NCBI GenBank assembly: GCA_963749155.1
Contig: CAVVLO010000005.1
Span: 224,001 to 288,000 of the forward strand
DNA length: 64,000 bases
Direction of reading: 5' to 3'
From: an uncultured Armatimonadia bacterium
Lineage (GTDB): Bacteria; Armatimonadota; Zipacnadia; CAVVLO01
Both the position numbers and the translations under genes were made by a program. This document shows positions 51,274 through 61,802 of the stretch, piece by piece. The stretch's first letter is position 1; each line of letters begins with the position of its first letter. The notes under the pieces are model-generated. The model saw only the letters and a list, made by a program, of their open reading frames with translations. It was not told where the DNA came from and ran no database searches.

Positions 51274-53216
51274 GTGAGGAATTACAACAGCGTCACGACC
51301 TTATTGCTCGTGTTGCTGACAGTGGCTATAGCTGTCGCTCTTTGGAGCGTCAACAAGCCTCAACCCCAACAGCTCACTTATTCGGCCTTTATGGAGAAGG
51401 TCGAAAACAACGAGTTGCGCGAGGCTGAGGTCGGTCGAGAGCGCGCCGTTGGCAAGACCACCGATGGCAGGCAGGTAGTTGCAACCATCCCGCCCGACGT
51501 AGACCTGGCAGAGCGGCTCAGAAAAGCCAACAGCCAGATGATTGTCAAATCAAGTCGAGAATCTACCGCCGAAAAGTGGTTCACCAGTCTGCTGCCCTTG
51601 CTGATAGTTGTCGGCTTGCTCGGATTTTTCTGGTTGATGATGATGCGCCAGATGCAGAGCGGCACCGGTCAGGCGATGAGCTTTGGCAAGAGCCGCGCTC
51701 GCCTGGCGGGCGACCATCTGCCCAAGCTCAAATTCAGTGATGTGGCCGGGCTTGAAGAGGCCAAGGAAGACCTGCAAGAGGTTGTCGAGTTCCTGCGCGA
51801 TCAATCCAGATATGTAAAACTTGGCGCGAAGATCCCCAAGGGAGTGCTGCTCGTAGGCCCGCCTGGCTGCGGCAAGACGCTCCTGGCAAAGGCCGTCGCC
51901 GGCGAAGCGGGAGTGCCTTTCTTCTACATTTCCGGCAGCGATTTTGTTGAGATGTTCGTCGGCGTGGGCGCCTCACGCGTCCGCGACCTGTTCGACCAGG
52001 CCAAGCAGTCGGGCTCCTGCATCGTCTTTATTGACGAGATTGACGCTGTTGGGCGTCAAGGGGCGCCGGGCTTGGGGGTGGGCACGATGAGAGAGAGCAG
52101 ACCCTTAACGCCTTGCTCGTCGAGATGGACGGCTTCGATCCCCAGGCAGGCATCATCGTGCTGGCCGCGACCAACCGCCCCGACGTACTTGACCCTGCTT
52201 TGCTGCGCCCTGGCCGGTTCGACAGGCGCGTAGTAGTCGATTCTCCTGACCTGAAAGGGCGGCAAGAGATCATCGAGCTTTATCTCAAAGGCAAGCCAAT
52301 CGGCCCCGATGTAGAGGCAATGGTGCTTGCCAGGCGCACCGTTGGCTTCACTGGAGCCGACCTTGAGAATATGGTCAATGAGGCGGCGCTGCTTACTGCA
52401 AGGCGCCGGCGCACTCAGCTTACGATGTCCGAATTCGAAGAAGCAATAGACCGAGTTATCGCCGGGCCAGAACGCCGCAGCCGCGTGATGACCGTCAATG
52501 AGCGGCGCATCGTGGCTTATCACGAGGCAGGGCATGCGCTGGTGGGAAAACTCCTTCCTGAGGCAACTCCTGTCCACAAAGTCACAATTCTGCCACGAGG
52601 CATGGCAATGGGTTATACGGTCCAGCTTCCTGAAGAAGACCGGTATCTGGTTTCGCGCACCGAGCTTATGGCTCAGCTTGCGGCCATGCTTGGGGGGCGT
52701 GTCTCCGAGAATATGGTCTTCCAGGAAATCACCACAGGCGCCCAGAACGATCTGGAACGCGTCTCTGACGTCGCAAGGCGTATGGTCACCGAGTTCGGGA
52801 TGAGCGAGAAGATCGGTCCCGTGGCCGTTGGACGCAAGCATGGGCCTGTTTTCCTGGGACGTGACCTGGTCGAAGAGCGCAACTACAGCGAAGATCTGGC
52901 CCAGCTCGTGGATGAAGAGGTAAAACAAATCATTACGCATGCCTATTCGACGGCTGAGAATCTGCTGGCAGAGCATCGTCCTGCCCTGGACCACATCGCT
53001 GAGACCTTGCTTGAGCGAGAGACTATCCAGGGAGAAGAGCTGGATCGGTTGATTGCCGAGGCGATGGGCACAGAGATCGTGAACGAACAACTTCAGCCTG
53101 CTGCTGAATCCGAAGGCGAAGACTCCGAGGAAGACGCCACGTCAGAGCCAGAAAAAAAATCTGGCCGGCAACTCCCTGGCCAGCAACCTGGTCTGGAAGG
53201 CGGCCTTGCGGGGTGA
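51274..53216 (+). CDS. ftsH: ATP-dependent zinc metalloprotease FtsH; -1 frameshift near 52060
   Basis: Two TMs, [42 protein letters not shown]. Adding one base restores [20 protein letters not shown]. Confidence 0.97.
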
Positions 53217-53239
53217 GAGGCTCGCTAATCGAGTACTCG

Positions 53240-53271
53240 AAGCGCGAGCGACTAGCTCGCGCTTTTCGTTT
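53240..53271 (+). terminator. Rho-independent terminator after ftsH
   Basis: AAGCGCGAGC-GACTA-GCTCGCGCTT followed by TTCGTTT. Confidence 0.7.
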
Positions 53272-53286
53272 CAATAGGAGCGCGCG

Positions 53287-54183
53287 GTGAGCAGGCAACT
53301 TTTTTGGTGTCCAGTCAATTTCGCCGAGGGACGCAATCTGCCCGCGCTTCACCGGGTTGAAGAAGCCCTTCTTGCGGGCTCTGCTCGCCTGGCTGACTGG
53401 TCCTACGATGTAGACCACTGCCGCAGTGTATTCTCTCTCATCGGGACTGGCCCCGAGTTACTCGAAGCCTTGCTTGTCGCAGGACGGTTGCTGACCGAGC
53501 TTGCTGACTTCGAAGGTTATCTCGGGGTCCATCCGGCCTTTGGCCTTATTGATGTCGTGCCCTTCGTGCCAGTGCTCGATTCCACCCAGGCCGAGGCAGT
53601 CGCGCTGGCAGAGCAGGCCTGTTCGCTGTTTGCGACAGAACTCGGTATCGCAGGCTTTCTTTACGGCTGGGCGGCGCATAAGCCCGAACGAGAGCAACTT
53701 CCTGACCTCAGAAACGAGCTTGCCAGGCTTGCCAGCCATCACGCAATTCTGGTCAGTCAGGCAGACTGCCCGCTTGCCAGCCCAAACGCCGAATACGGGG
53801 TAGTCTGCGTAGGAGCGCGATCCGCGCTTATAGCATATAATGTGCTGCTCGAAGGCCCACTTGCAGGCGCAAAAAATATCGCTTCTCGCGTCCGCGAGGC
53901 TCAAGGAGGCTTCCAGGGCGTAAGGGCGCTGGGCCTCGAGCTTGAAAGCCGGGGGCTTGTGCAAGTTTCGATGAACGTTTATCGTCCTGAACTGGTTAGC
54001 CTGACCGAGCTCTTTGATACCATCTCCGAAGAGGCTCAGCGCCAGGGACTGAGCGTCATCGGAAGCGAACTGATAGGCCTGGTCGAACAACGTTATCTGC
54101 CCAAAAAGCCGGCAACGCGGCTCAAGCTGTTACACTTTCGTGAGCAACAAATTCTGGAGTACTGGCTGGAAGGATTCGATTAG
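53287..54183 (+). CDS. ftcD: Glutamate formiminotransferase-like protein (divergent)
   Basis: NFAEGR, DVDHCRSV, GVHP..G.IDVVPFVP, GAR..LIAYN, VQVSMN, SELIGL. Confidence 0.85.
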   Translation: MSRQLFWCPVNFAEGRNLPALHRVEEALLAGSARLADWSYDVDHCRSVFSLIGTGPELLEALLVAGRLLTELADFEGYLGVHPAFGLIDVVPFVPVLDSTQAEAVALAEQACSLFATELGIAGFLYGWAAHKPEREQLPDLRNELARLASHHAILVSQADCPLASPNAEYGVVCVGARSALIAYNVLLEGPLAGAKNIASRVREAQGGFQGVRALGLELESRGLVQVSMNVYRPELVSLTELFDTISEEAQRQGLSVIGSELIGLVEQRYLPKKPATRLKLLHFREQQILEYWLEGFD

Positions 54184-55864
54184 ATGAGCGAACTGCTAAA
54201 GACCGATCTGGAAATAGCAAATAGTGTCACTCTGCGCCCCATTGAAGCCATCGCAGAGGAAGCCGGGTTCCTGCCTGAAGAGCTTGAGCCGTATGGCAAA
54301 TACAAGGCCAAGGTCTCTCTTGCGGCCTGGGATCGACTCGCAAGCCAGCCCGATGGCAAGCTGATCCTTATGACGGCGATGACTCCCACCAAAGCCGGCG
54401 AGGGGAAAACGACCCAGACCATCGGCCTTACCCAGGCGCTATGCCGGGAGGGGAAAAAAGCCATCTGTGCTACGCGCGAGCCTTCTCTGGGGCCGTGTTT
54501 TGGGATGAAGGGCGGCGCCGCCGGCGGGGGCTGGTCCCAAGTCGTGCCGATGGAGGACATCAACCTTCACTTCACAGGCGACCTGCACGCGGTCAGTGCC
54601 GCGCACAATCTGCTGGCTGCGATGGTGGACAACCACCTGCATCAGGGCAACCCACTCGGTCTGGACTCGCGCAGCATCCTCTTTCCGCGAGTTGTGGATA
54701 TGAACGACCGCGCCTTGCGCGACTTGGTCATAGGACTTGGTTCGGCCCAGAACGGCGTGCCGCGCCAGACTGCTTATCAGATAACCACAGCCAGTGAAGT
54801 GATGGCTATCCTCTGCCTGGCGACGGGTTGGGCCGACCTTCGAGAGCGCCTGGGGCGCATAGTGGTTGGCTATTCGACCAAGGGAGAGCCTGTCACCGCG
54901 GCCCAGCTTCAAGCGCACGGGGCGATGGCGGCGCTGCTGCGCGACGCGCTGCAACCCAACCTTGTCCAGACGCTGGAAGGCACACCGGCTTTCGTTCACG
55001 GAGGGCCTTTCGCCAATATCGCGCATGGCTGCAGCTCGCTGATGGCGACCAGGTTCGCTCTGAAGAGCGCCGATTTTGTCGTTACAGAGGCTGGCTTTGG
55101 CGCCGATCTGGGGGCGGAGAAGTTCTTCGACATAAAGTGTCCCGCTGGTGGTCTTCATCCTGCCGGGGCTGTGCTCGTTGCCTCGCTCAGAGCCATCAAG
55201 CATCATGGGAACGCGCTTACAGAGCAAGGCGCGACCTGGCAGCAGGTGCTTAAGACAGGTTTCCAGAATCTTCAGAAACAGTTCGAGAACGTCCGGGTCT
55301 TCGGCGTGCCTGCCGTGGTCGCTGTTAATCAGTTTGCCTCGGACAGCCTTGAGGAAGTCGATTACTTGCTGGAGCTCTGCCGTGATCACGGGATGCCTGC
55401 CGCGCCAAGTGAACTGTGGGCAAAGGGAGGCGCTGGCGGTGAAGCGCTTGTCGAGGCGCTGACCACCGAGCTAGCGGCCAATCCAGCGAATTTCAGGCCC
55501 CTGTATCATCCTGATATGAGCCTGAAGTCCAAGCTTGGTATCATTGCGCATGAGATATATGGCGCCGACAGAGTGGTATATACCGATGCCGCGGACAAGC
55601 GGATAGAGCAACTCGAGGCGCTTGGACTTAACAAGCTGCCAATTTGTATGGCCAAGACCCAGTATTCCTTATCTGACAATCCGGAACTGCTTGGCGCTCC
55701 GCGAGGTTTTGCTATACAAGTGCGCGATGTGAAGCCCTCGGCAGGAGCAGGTTTCGTCGTGGCTTACACAGGCGACGTAATGACAATGCCTGGTCTGCCC
55801 AGGCACCCAGCCGCCGAGAGCATAGACCTCGCCGGTGATGGGACTATTCTTAGGTCTGTTCTGA
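54184..55864 (+). CDS. fhs: Formate--tetrahydrofolate ligase; +1 frameshift in the last codons
   Basis: PTKAGEGKTT, REPSLGP, KGGAAGGG, HGGPFANIAHG, TEAGFGADLG, TMPGLP. The conserved GLF* end is in the next frame (TGA 55864); the ORF as read ends at 55875. Confidence 0.97.
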
Positions 55865-55871
55865 GGAAAGA

Positions 55872-56450
55872 ATGACAAGAAGGCTCAACCCAGGCATTTA
55901 TTCGACGCTCGCTCAGCTTCATCGGCAGGGGCGTAACCTGATGTCGTCCGGTGATTTTAACCAGGCCGAACAGATGGCTGCTGCCATGCTGAAGCTGCAT
56001 GGGGAAGACCTCGAAGGCCTTGGCCTTATGCTGGATTCGCTGCTTGCCCAGGGGCGGGTGCAGGACGCTTTGCCCGCGGCGGAGCGACTCACCATGCTGA
56101 CCCCACAGGATTATTCGGCCCATTACAAGCTTGGCAAGTTGCTTTTCGAACTGGAGGATGTGCCTGGTGCAGCCATCCACTTCGAAGCCGCCCTCGAGCT
56201 GGAACCGCCTGACCATCTCCAGCGCGAACTGGGCCAGGTTATAGAATTGCTTGATCGCCTGCAGGCGAGGCAGATATTGACTTTGGCCTCTGAAGACACC
56301 CTTTTCCGTATGGAATTGCGCGACGATCTCGAAGCCACACTTGATGACCACGGGTTCCATTTGTCCGAGGACGGCTTGCGCCGGCTGGCCCAATTTGATT
56401 TGAGCCAGCTTGGGACAACCCGCGCCAAACGCGGCCTGCTGCCGAACTGA
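55872..56450 (+). CDS. TPR protein with C-terminal NHLP/Nif11-leader-like helical domain
   Basis: About 3 TPRs (AHYKLGKLL...AAIHFEAALEL); C-terminus ILTLASEDTLFRMELRDDLEATLDDHGFHLSED. Confidence 0.75.
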   Translation: MTRRLNPGIYSTLAQLHRQGRNLMSSGDFNQAEQMAAAMLKLHGEDLEGLGLMLDSLLAQGRVQDALPAAERLTMLTPQDYSAHYKLGKLLFELEDVPGAAIHFEAALELEPPDHLQRELGQVIELLDRLQARQILTLASEDTLFRMELRDDLEATLDDHGFHLSEDGLRRLAQFDLSQLGTTRAKRGLLPN

Positions 56451-56461
56451 GGAGGCCCTCC

Positions 56462-57658
56462 GTGTTGATACGTCCGATCGAACCGCAGGACGAACGGACC
56501 CTTCTTACCGAGTTGCGCCTGGTGGGCGTTGATGAGGCCTCCTATCCGATTTTTCTCGCTAAACGCAGTGGGCTTTGTGTCAAGGTGACTGGCGCCCCTC
56601 AACCGGCCGCGGCTATCCTCAAGCAGGAACTACTGGCGCGCGGGGGCGATGCCGCCGTCCATCGCAACGTCCTCACTGGCAAGACCGAGTTCTCCGATGT
56701 GCTGCTGTTCGGGACCAGAGCGCAGTTAGGGGCGCTTTCGGAGAAACTCGAATGGCAGCCTTTTGGTCTGGCCCAGCTTGGCCTCGACCTGGCCGAACTG
56801 CTTGTGCGACTCGAATTCTGGCAGTATGAATGGCGCCACGCGGGCGGCGCGTTGAAGCTTTCTGCCGATTCGCCCAAGGTGATGGCCATCCTCAATATGA
56901 CGCCCGATTCCTTCTCGGGTGATGGCCTGGCCGGCAGTGTGGACGCTGCCCTCGCGCAGGCAGAGGCCGCCCTTGCCGCCGGTGCCAATTTGCTGGATGT
57001 CGGAGGAGAATCCACCCGGCCTGGCTCTCCGCGCGTTGCGCTCGAGGAAGAACTGGCCCGGATTATCCCAACAATTGAGGCCCTTTCTCGTCGCTTCGAA
57101 GCCCCTGTTTCGGTCGACACCTACAAGCCTGAAGTGGCGCGCGCCGCCCTGGAGGCGGGTGCTGTCATAGTCAACTGCGTCAGAGGCCTTGAGGAGCCTG
57201 GGATGCTCGAACTCCTTGCCAAGACTGGCGCTGGCGCCGTCTGTATGCATTCTCTATGGCCGCCAGAGACGATGCAGGAGAGTCCCCTTGGTCCTGAAGT
57301 CAGCGACGTCGTTTTCGAGTATCTCTCCGGCCGGCTGGACGCGGCTTGCGAGGCAGGGCTGGCGCCTGAGCAGCTTGTGTTTGACCCGGGGATTGGCTTC
57401 GGAAAGACACTTGCTGCCAATCTGCTGCTGCTGAAGCGCCTTGGTGAGCTGCGCTCACTGGGCCGCCCACTACTGGTCGGCGCCTCGCGCAAATCTTTCC
57501 TTGGTAAACTGGCCGGTGATATTGACGCGGACAGGTTGCCTGGCACCCTGGCTGCGCACACCGCTGCTATACTGAACGGAGCAAGTGTTATCCGGGTGCA
57601 TGAGGCGGCAGAAGGCCGTTTGGCTGCCGACATCGCCGCCGCCATCGGGAGGGCCTGA
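56462..57658 (+). CDS. folP: Dihydropteroate synthase with about 130-aa N-terminal extension
   Basis: ILNMTPDSFSGDG, DVGGESTRPG, SVDTYK, DPGIGFGK, GASRKSF, IRVHE. Confidence 0.95.
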   Translation: MLIRPIEPQDERTLLTELRLVGVDEASYPIFLAKRSGLCVKVTGAPQPAAAILKQELLARGGDAAVHRNVLTGKTEFSDVLLFGTRAQLGALSEKLEWQPFGLAQLGLDLAELLVRLEFWQYEWRHAGGALKLSADSPKVMAILNMTPDSFSGDGLAGSVDAALAQAEAALAAGANLLDVGGESTRPGSPRVALEEELARIIPTIEALSRRFEAPVSVDTYKPEVARAALEAGAVIVNCVRGLEEPGMLELLAKTGAGAVCMHSLWPPETMQESPLGPEVSDVVFEYLSGRLDAACEAGLAPEQLVFDPGIGFGKTLAANLLLLKRLGELRSLGRPLLVGASRKSFLGKLAGDIDADRLPGTLAAHTAAILNGASVIRVHEAAEGRLAADIAAAIGRA

Positions 57659-57659
57659 A

Positions 57660-58025
57660 GTGAAGCAGGACAAGCTCATCCTTTCAGGACTTGTTTTTTA
57701 TGCCCATTACGGCGTGCACAAAGCTGAGCGGGAACTGGGCCAGCAGGTGCGCGTAGATTTGGAACTCTTCCGGGACCTCTCTGCCGCAGGTAAAACTGAC
57801 GATATCACTCAGACGGTAGACTACACCACCATTCTGGAGGCCATCCAGCAAGTTATCGACGCTGGGTCGTATTACCTGATCGAGGCGATTGCCGAGGCTA
57901 TCGCGGCGATGCTGCTTGCCGAGTATCCAATTGACGCGGTAACCGTGCGCGTGACCAAGTCGAAACTGCCTTTCAGAGGCCAACTCGAGTCCGTTGCCGT
58001 GGAGCTCCACAGGGAGCGGGGATGA
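57660..58025 (+). CDS. folB: Dihydroneopterin aldolase
   Basis: FYAHYGV..AERELGQ, TVDY, LIEAIAE, VRVTK; GTG start at 57660. Confidence 0.93.
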   Translation: MKQDKLILSGLVFYAHYGVHKAERELGQQVRVDLELFRDLSAAGKTDDITQTVDYTTILEAIQQVIDAGSYYLIEAIAEAIAAMLLAEYPIDAVTVRVTKSKLPFRGQLESVAVELHRERG

Positions 58026-58528
58026 TCACCCGCGCCTTTATCGGCCTGGGCGCCAATCTCGGCGACCGACTCGCCTCGCTTCAGGGGGCTGTCGAACGCC
58101 TTTCAAGCGAGGGCATCGAGGTCAAAGCCATCTCAAGCCTTTATGAAACCGCCCCTGTCGGAATGAAACCTGAAACTCCAGCCTTCCTCAACGCCGTAGT
58201 AGAAGTAGCCACAGTCCTTACTGCGAGGTTGCTGCTCGAAAGGTTGCTCGAAATCGAGGCCAAGCTGGGACGTCGCCGGCCCGAGCCTGATCGTCCTATC
58301 GATCTTGATATACTGCTTTTTGGAGATGCTACACTAGCCGAGCCTGACCTGGTCGTGCCCCATCCGCGCCTGGGCCAGCGCGCTTTCGCCCTGGTGCCAC
58401 TAGCCGAATTAGCCCCTGGGCTGCAGTTGCCCTGGGGAGAGACGGTCGCCGAAGCCGCTGCCAGAACCTTGGCCGAAGGACAAAAACTGCGCGTCTTCCA
58501 GGGCCAGTATTGGTGGCAAGAGGAGTAG
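58022..58528 (+). CDS. folK: 2-amino-4-hydroxy-6-hydroxymethyldihydropteridine diphosphokinase
   Basis: IGLGANLG, SSLYET, FLNAV, RPIDLDIL, VPHPR, RAFALVPL. Confidence 0.95.
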   Translation: MITRAFIGLGANLGDRLASLQGAVERLSSEGIEVKAISSLYETAPVGMKPETPAFLNAVVEVATVLTARLLLERLLEIEAKLGRRRPEPDRPIDLDILLFGDATLAEPDLVVPHPRLGQRAFALVPLAELAPGLQLPWGETVAEAAARTLAEGQKLRVFQGQYWWQEE

Positions 58529-58533
58529 CTTGT

Positions 58534-59764
58534 ATGCGTTATCGTTGGGTCGCCAAAGACCAGCAAGGCGCGTTAAAAGAAGGCGAGGCACTAGGTGAGA
58601 GCGCTAACGAGATCTCTCGCCAGCTCTCTAGCCAGGGCCTTACACCAGTAGAAATCAAGAAAGCCGGCGAGGAGGCAGCAGCTACTACTCGAACCGGCGC
58701 TCCCGATGCCCAACCTCGTCCAGGTCGCCCTTTACCGCGGGGCAGATCACGGGTAAAGCCAATTGACCTGGCCGTTTTCTTTCGCAGCTTGAAGTCCTCG
58801 GTCAGTGCTGGCCTGCCGCTTGCGCGCACTTTCGAGATAGTACTGCGCACCACGCACAACTCGCGTATCCGTTCGCTGGCTTCCGAGTTGCAGTCTACGG
58901 TCCGCGAAGGCCAGTCCTTTGTGGAAGCGATGGCCCGGCGCACTGACGTGGTCCCCTACTTCGCCTTGGGCGTGCTTAAGGCGGGAGAGGCCTCTGGCCA
59001 TCTGGAAGAAGCCCTCGAAAATCTTGCAGAGCATTATGAGTATGAGCACGAACTGATGCAGGAGATCCGCTGGAAGACAGCCTTGCCCAAAGTCGAGCTG
59101 GGTTGCTTCCTGATCCTGATTGGTCCGATGCCCTTCATCTTTGCCTGGGCCTCGCGCCAGGCGACCAAATCCGGCTTCAAGTTCGATATGAATCTGTCGC
59201 TACCAATCCTGATGTTGGTAGGTCTGGCGATTGTCATATTTGGCGGGTTGCTGTTTTATCAGTTTGCCAAAAATATTCGACCGGTGGCGCTGTGTTTCGA
59301 CTGGTTGAAGCTGTATGTCCCTGGCCTGGCGGGGCTGAACCGGCGGCTTGGGATATCTCGTTTTATGAATATGCTTGCCCTCTCGGTGAAGTCTGGCCTC
59401 TCCTACCATGAGGCGGCCGAACTGGCCTTGCCAGTAGTCGGCAATACGGTGCTGCAATTGAGGCTGCAAGCGATAATACCGCGCCTCAGGCAGGGGGCCC
59501 GGCTGACTGAAGTGCTTGAGCCGCTTGGCCTTGTGCCGTTCCAGGCGATGCAGATGCTCTACACCGGCGAGGACACCGGCGACACTGACCAGATGCTCCA
59601 AACCGCTGCCAGAGAACTGCAACAGCAGGCACGCTCCGACCTGAGGGTGCTTGCCATTGTGCTCTCAGTCGCAATGCTGGCTATTGTACTGGTGCTTGCC
59701 GGCGATACTCGTAATCTCCTTCTGGGTGCAGTATTACGGCGCTATGCTAAGCATCACGGACTAA
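58534..59764 (+). CDS. Type II secretion system F / PilC family platform protein; +1 frameshift near 59700
   Basis: AGLPL, GEASGHLEEAL, GEDTG; two T2SSF repeats; the next frame gives the last TM AILVISFW..YY ending at TAA 59764. Confidence 0.85.
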
Positions 59765-59777
59765 CGGGCGCGCGGAG

Positions 59778-60929
59778 ATGAGAGCGCGAGTCAACGATTA
59801 TTACCAACTACTCGGCGTGGCCCGCAACGCGACCCCCGAGCAGGTGCGCAAGGCCTATCGCGACAAGGTAAAGCGTTTCCACCCCGATGTCGCTGACGAT
59901 AAAGGCAAGGCCGATGAACGCATCAAGCTCATCTATCAGGCCTGGGAAGTCTTGAGTGATCCCGAGCGTCGCCAGGCCTACAACCAATTGCTGGCGATGG
60001 AAGACAAGCGGCGCGCGGCAGAGGAAGAAGCTCGCCGGCGTCGGACCGAGCTTCGCGAAGGTCAGGAGCTTTTCCGCAAGGCGCGTATTGTGAGGGCGGG
60101 TGGAATGCTTAGCCCCGCCAAGGAACTCGCCCTCAAAGCGGCTCACTTGCTCGAATCCGACTGGGATGCCTGGTGGCTGGTGGGCGAGATAGCCCTCGAG
60201 CAACAGGATTTTGATACCGCAATTGAGGCCTACACGCAGGCCCTCAGGTACAGCAAACATAATCCAGCAGTGCAAAATCGACTCGACCAGGTGCTTGCGA
60301 AAGCCGCCAGAGGGCCAGTCCCCAGTGAAGCTCGCTTCGACCTGGGCAAGCAGGGCGATGCCTGGCATAAGCCCTCTCACACCTGGCGCGATGACCTGGG
60401 ACGCTGGTATACGCCGCGTCTGGCGGCCAAGTTCGAGCGCGCCAGAGCTTATGTGGGCATCCTTGCTGCCGGCTGGCTTCTCGCTTCTATTATACTGCTT
60501 CGCTATTGGCTGCCGGATTCGTCGCTTGAAGAACTGCCTCGCGTCTTGCTCTGGATTGGCGCCATCGACGCCTTTGCCCTCGGTCTGCTCTTCGATGCGA
60601 TTGGAGTAGTAGAATACTTCGATGATGCGATGTTCTATCGAGGGATGGGCAGCTCTGCAGTCCCGCGCGGCGTATTATTGATGCTGGTCAACTTTATCAA
60701 CTTCGCCGTGGCGCTGCCGGTCTACCTGCTGGTGTCCCTGTTTGAGGGAGAGTTCTCTTTCAGCATCCTGCTCTGTTATGCGGCTGCAATGGCCTTATGT
60801 CTGCTGCTGGCTCTGCTCGTGCCCGCCCAGCTCGTGATGCTTGCCCTCTGGCTTTCAGGGCCTGCCACGAATCTGGTATTCTTTGGGTGGGCCTGCGGAA
60901 CTTTTTTTCGTCCCACTTACTGGTCGTAG
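59778..60929 (+). CDS. J-domain (DnaJ-like) protein with TPR and C-terminal multi-TM domain
   Basis: DYYQLLGV, FHPD, AWEVLSDPERRQAY; TPR AWWLVGEI...AIEAYTQAL; 5-6 hydrophobic helices. Confidence 0.85.
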   Translation: MRARVNDYYQLLGVARNATPEQVRKAYRDKVKRFHPDVADDKGKADERIKLIYQAWEVLSDPERRQAYNQLLAMEDKRRAAEEEARRRRTELREGQELFRKARIVRAGGMLSPAKELALKAAHLLESDWDAWWLVGEIALEQQDFDTAIEAYTQALRYSKHNPAVQNRLDQVLAKAARGPVPSEARFDLGKQGDAWHKPSHTWRDDLGRWYTPRLAAKFERARAYVGILAAGWLLASIILLRYWLPDSSLEELPRVLLWIGAIDAFALGLLFDAIGVVEYFDDAMFYRGMGSSAVPRGVLLMLVNFINFAVALPVYLLVSLFEGEFSFSILLCYAAAMALCLLLALLVPAQLVMLALWLSGPATNLVFFGWACGTFFRPTYWS

Positions 60930-60947
60930 CGCCCAAGAGGTGCCCCT

Positions 60948-61800
60948 ATGAGCGGCAAAGCTTTCTCGATAACCGATTTACGTGCCCGGTATGAAGCCGG
61001 AGAGAAATTCGCGATGGTCACGGCGTATGATTTCCCAAGCGCCAAACTGGCCGAAGCAGCTGGACTTGACCTGCTGCTGGTGGGTGATTCGCTCGGGACG
61101 ACCGTCCTTGGCTACCCGACCACGCTGCCGACCACGATGGACGCGATGATACTCCATACTGCCGCGGTCAGCCGGGCCGTCACTTCGCCAATGGTCATCG
61201 GCGATATGCCCTTCCTGTCCTTCCAGGTGTCGGTGGAAGAGGCCGTCCGCAATGCTGGGCGCTTCGTTGTGGAAGGCGGGGCGCACGCGGTCAAGCTGGA
61301 AGGCGTCCTGCACGCCGAGGCCATCTCGGCCATCCTGGCGGCGGGCATCCCGGTGATGGGCCATCTGGGTTACACGCCTCAGCGGGCCATCCAGTTCGGC
61401 ACGCAGATAGTCCGCGCAAAGCAAGCGGATGAGGCGACCGCCTTGCTTGCCGATGCCAGGAAGCTGCAAGAGCTGGGCTGCTTCGCCCTGGTGCTCGAGT
61501 GCATTCCCGACGACCTGGCTGGACTCGTAACCGAAGAGCTGGATATCCCCACCATCGGGATTGGCGCCGGGCCTCATTGTTCAGGCCAGGTGCTTGTGTG
61601 GCATGACCTGCTGGGGCTTGTGCCAGGCCAGAGCTTCAAACACAACAAGCGCTACGCCGAGTTGGGAGAGGCCATAATCGAGGCCCTTGGGCAATATGTG
61701 GCCGAGGTTCGCTCGGGCGCTCTTCCCAGACGAAACTCACTGTTTCCGGGCCGACCAGGGGCTCCTGGAGGCTTTGAAGCGCCGCCCGGAGCGCGACTAG
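60948..61800 (+). CDS. panB: 3-methyl-2-oxobutanoate hydroxymethyltransferase; +1 frameshift near 61722
   Basis: VTAYD, LVGDSLG, GDMPF, VKLEG, GHLG.TPQ, TIGIGAG; the conserved FP...H.F end is in the next frame with TAG 61800. Confidence 0.95.
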
Positions 61801-61802
61801 CA

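Noticed and set aside
51274..53216. Split ftsH as a pseudogene or two-subunit protease
   Set aside because: One missing base in CAAGGGG restores the canonical motif. There is no other decay, and FtsH is normally essential.
52056..55389. Long antisense ORFs (e.g. 52056..53090 and 54439..55389; similarly 8569..9477 and 20576..21514)
   Set aside because: Shadow ORFs opposite well-conserved genes, expected from GC-rich codon bias; no motifs recognised.
8479..59781. Programmed frameshifting, phase variation or mass pseudogenisation
   Set aside because: The breaks share no slippery heptamer or long repeat tract, there are no nonsense mutations, and unrelated genes are hit. Sequencing error is simpler, though not provable without reads.
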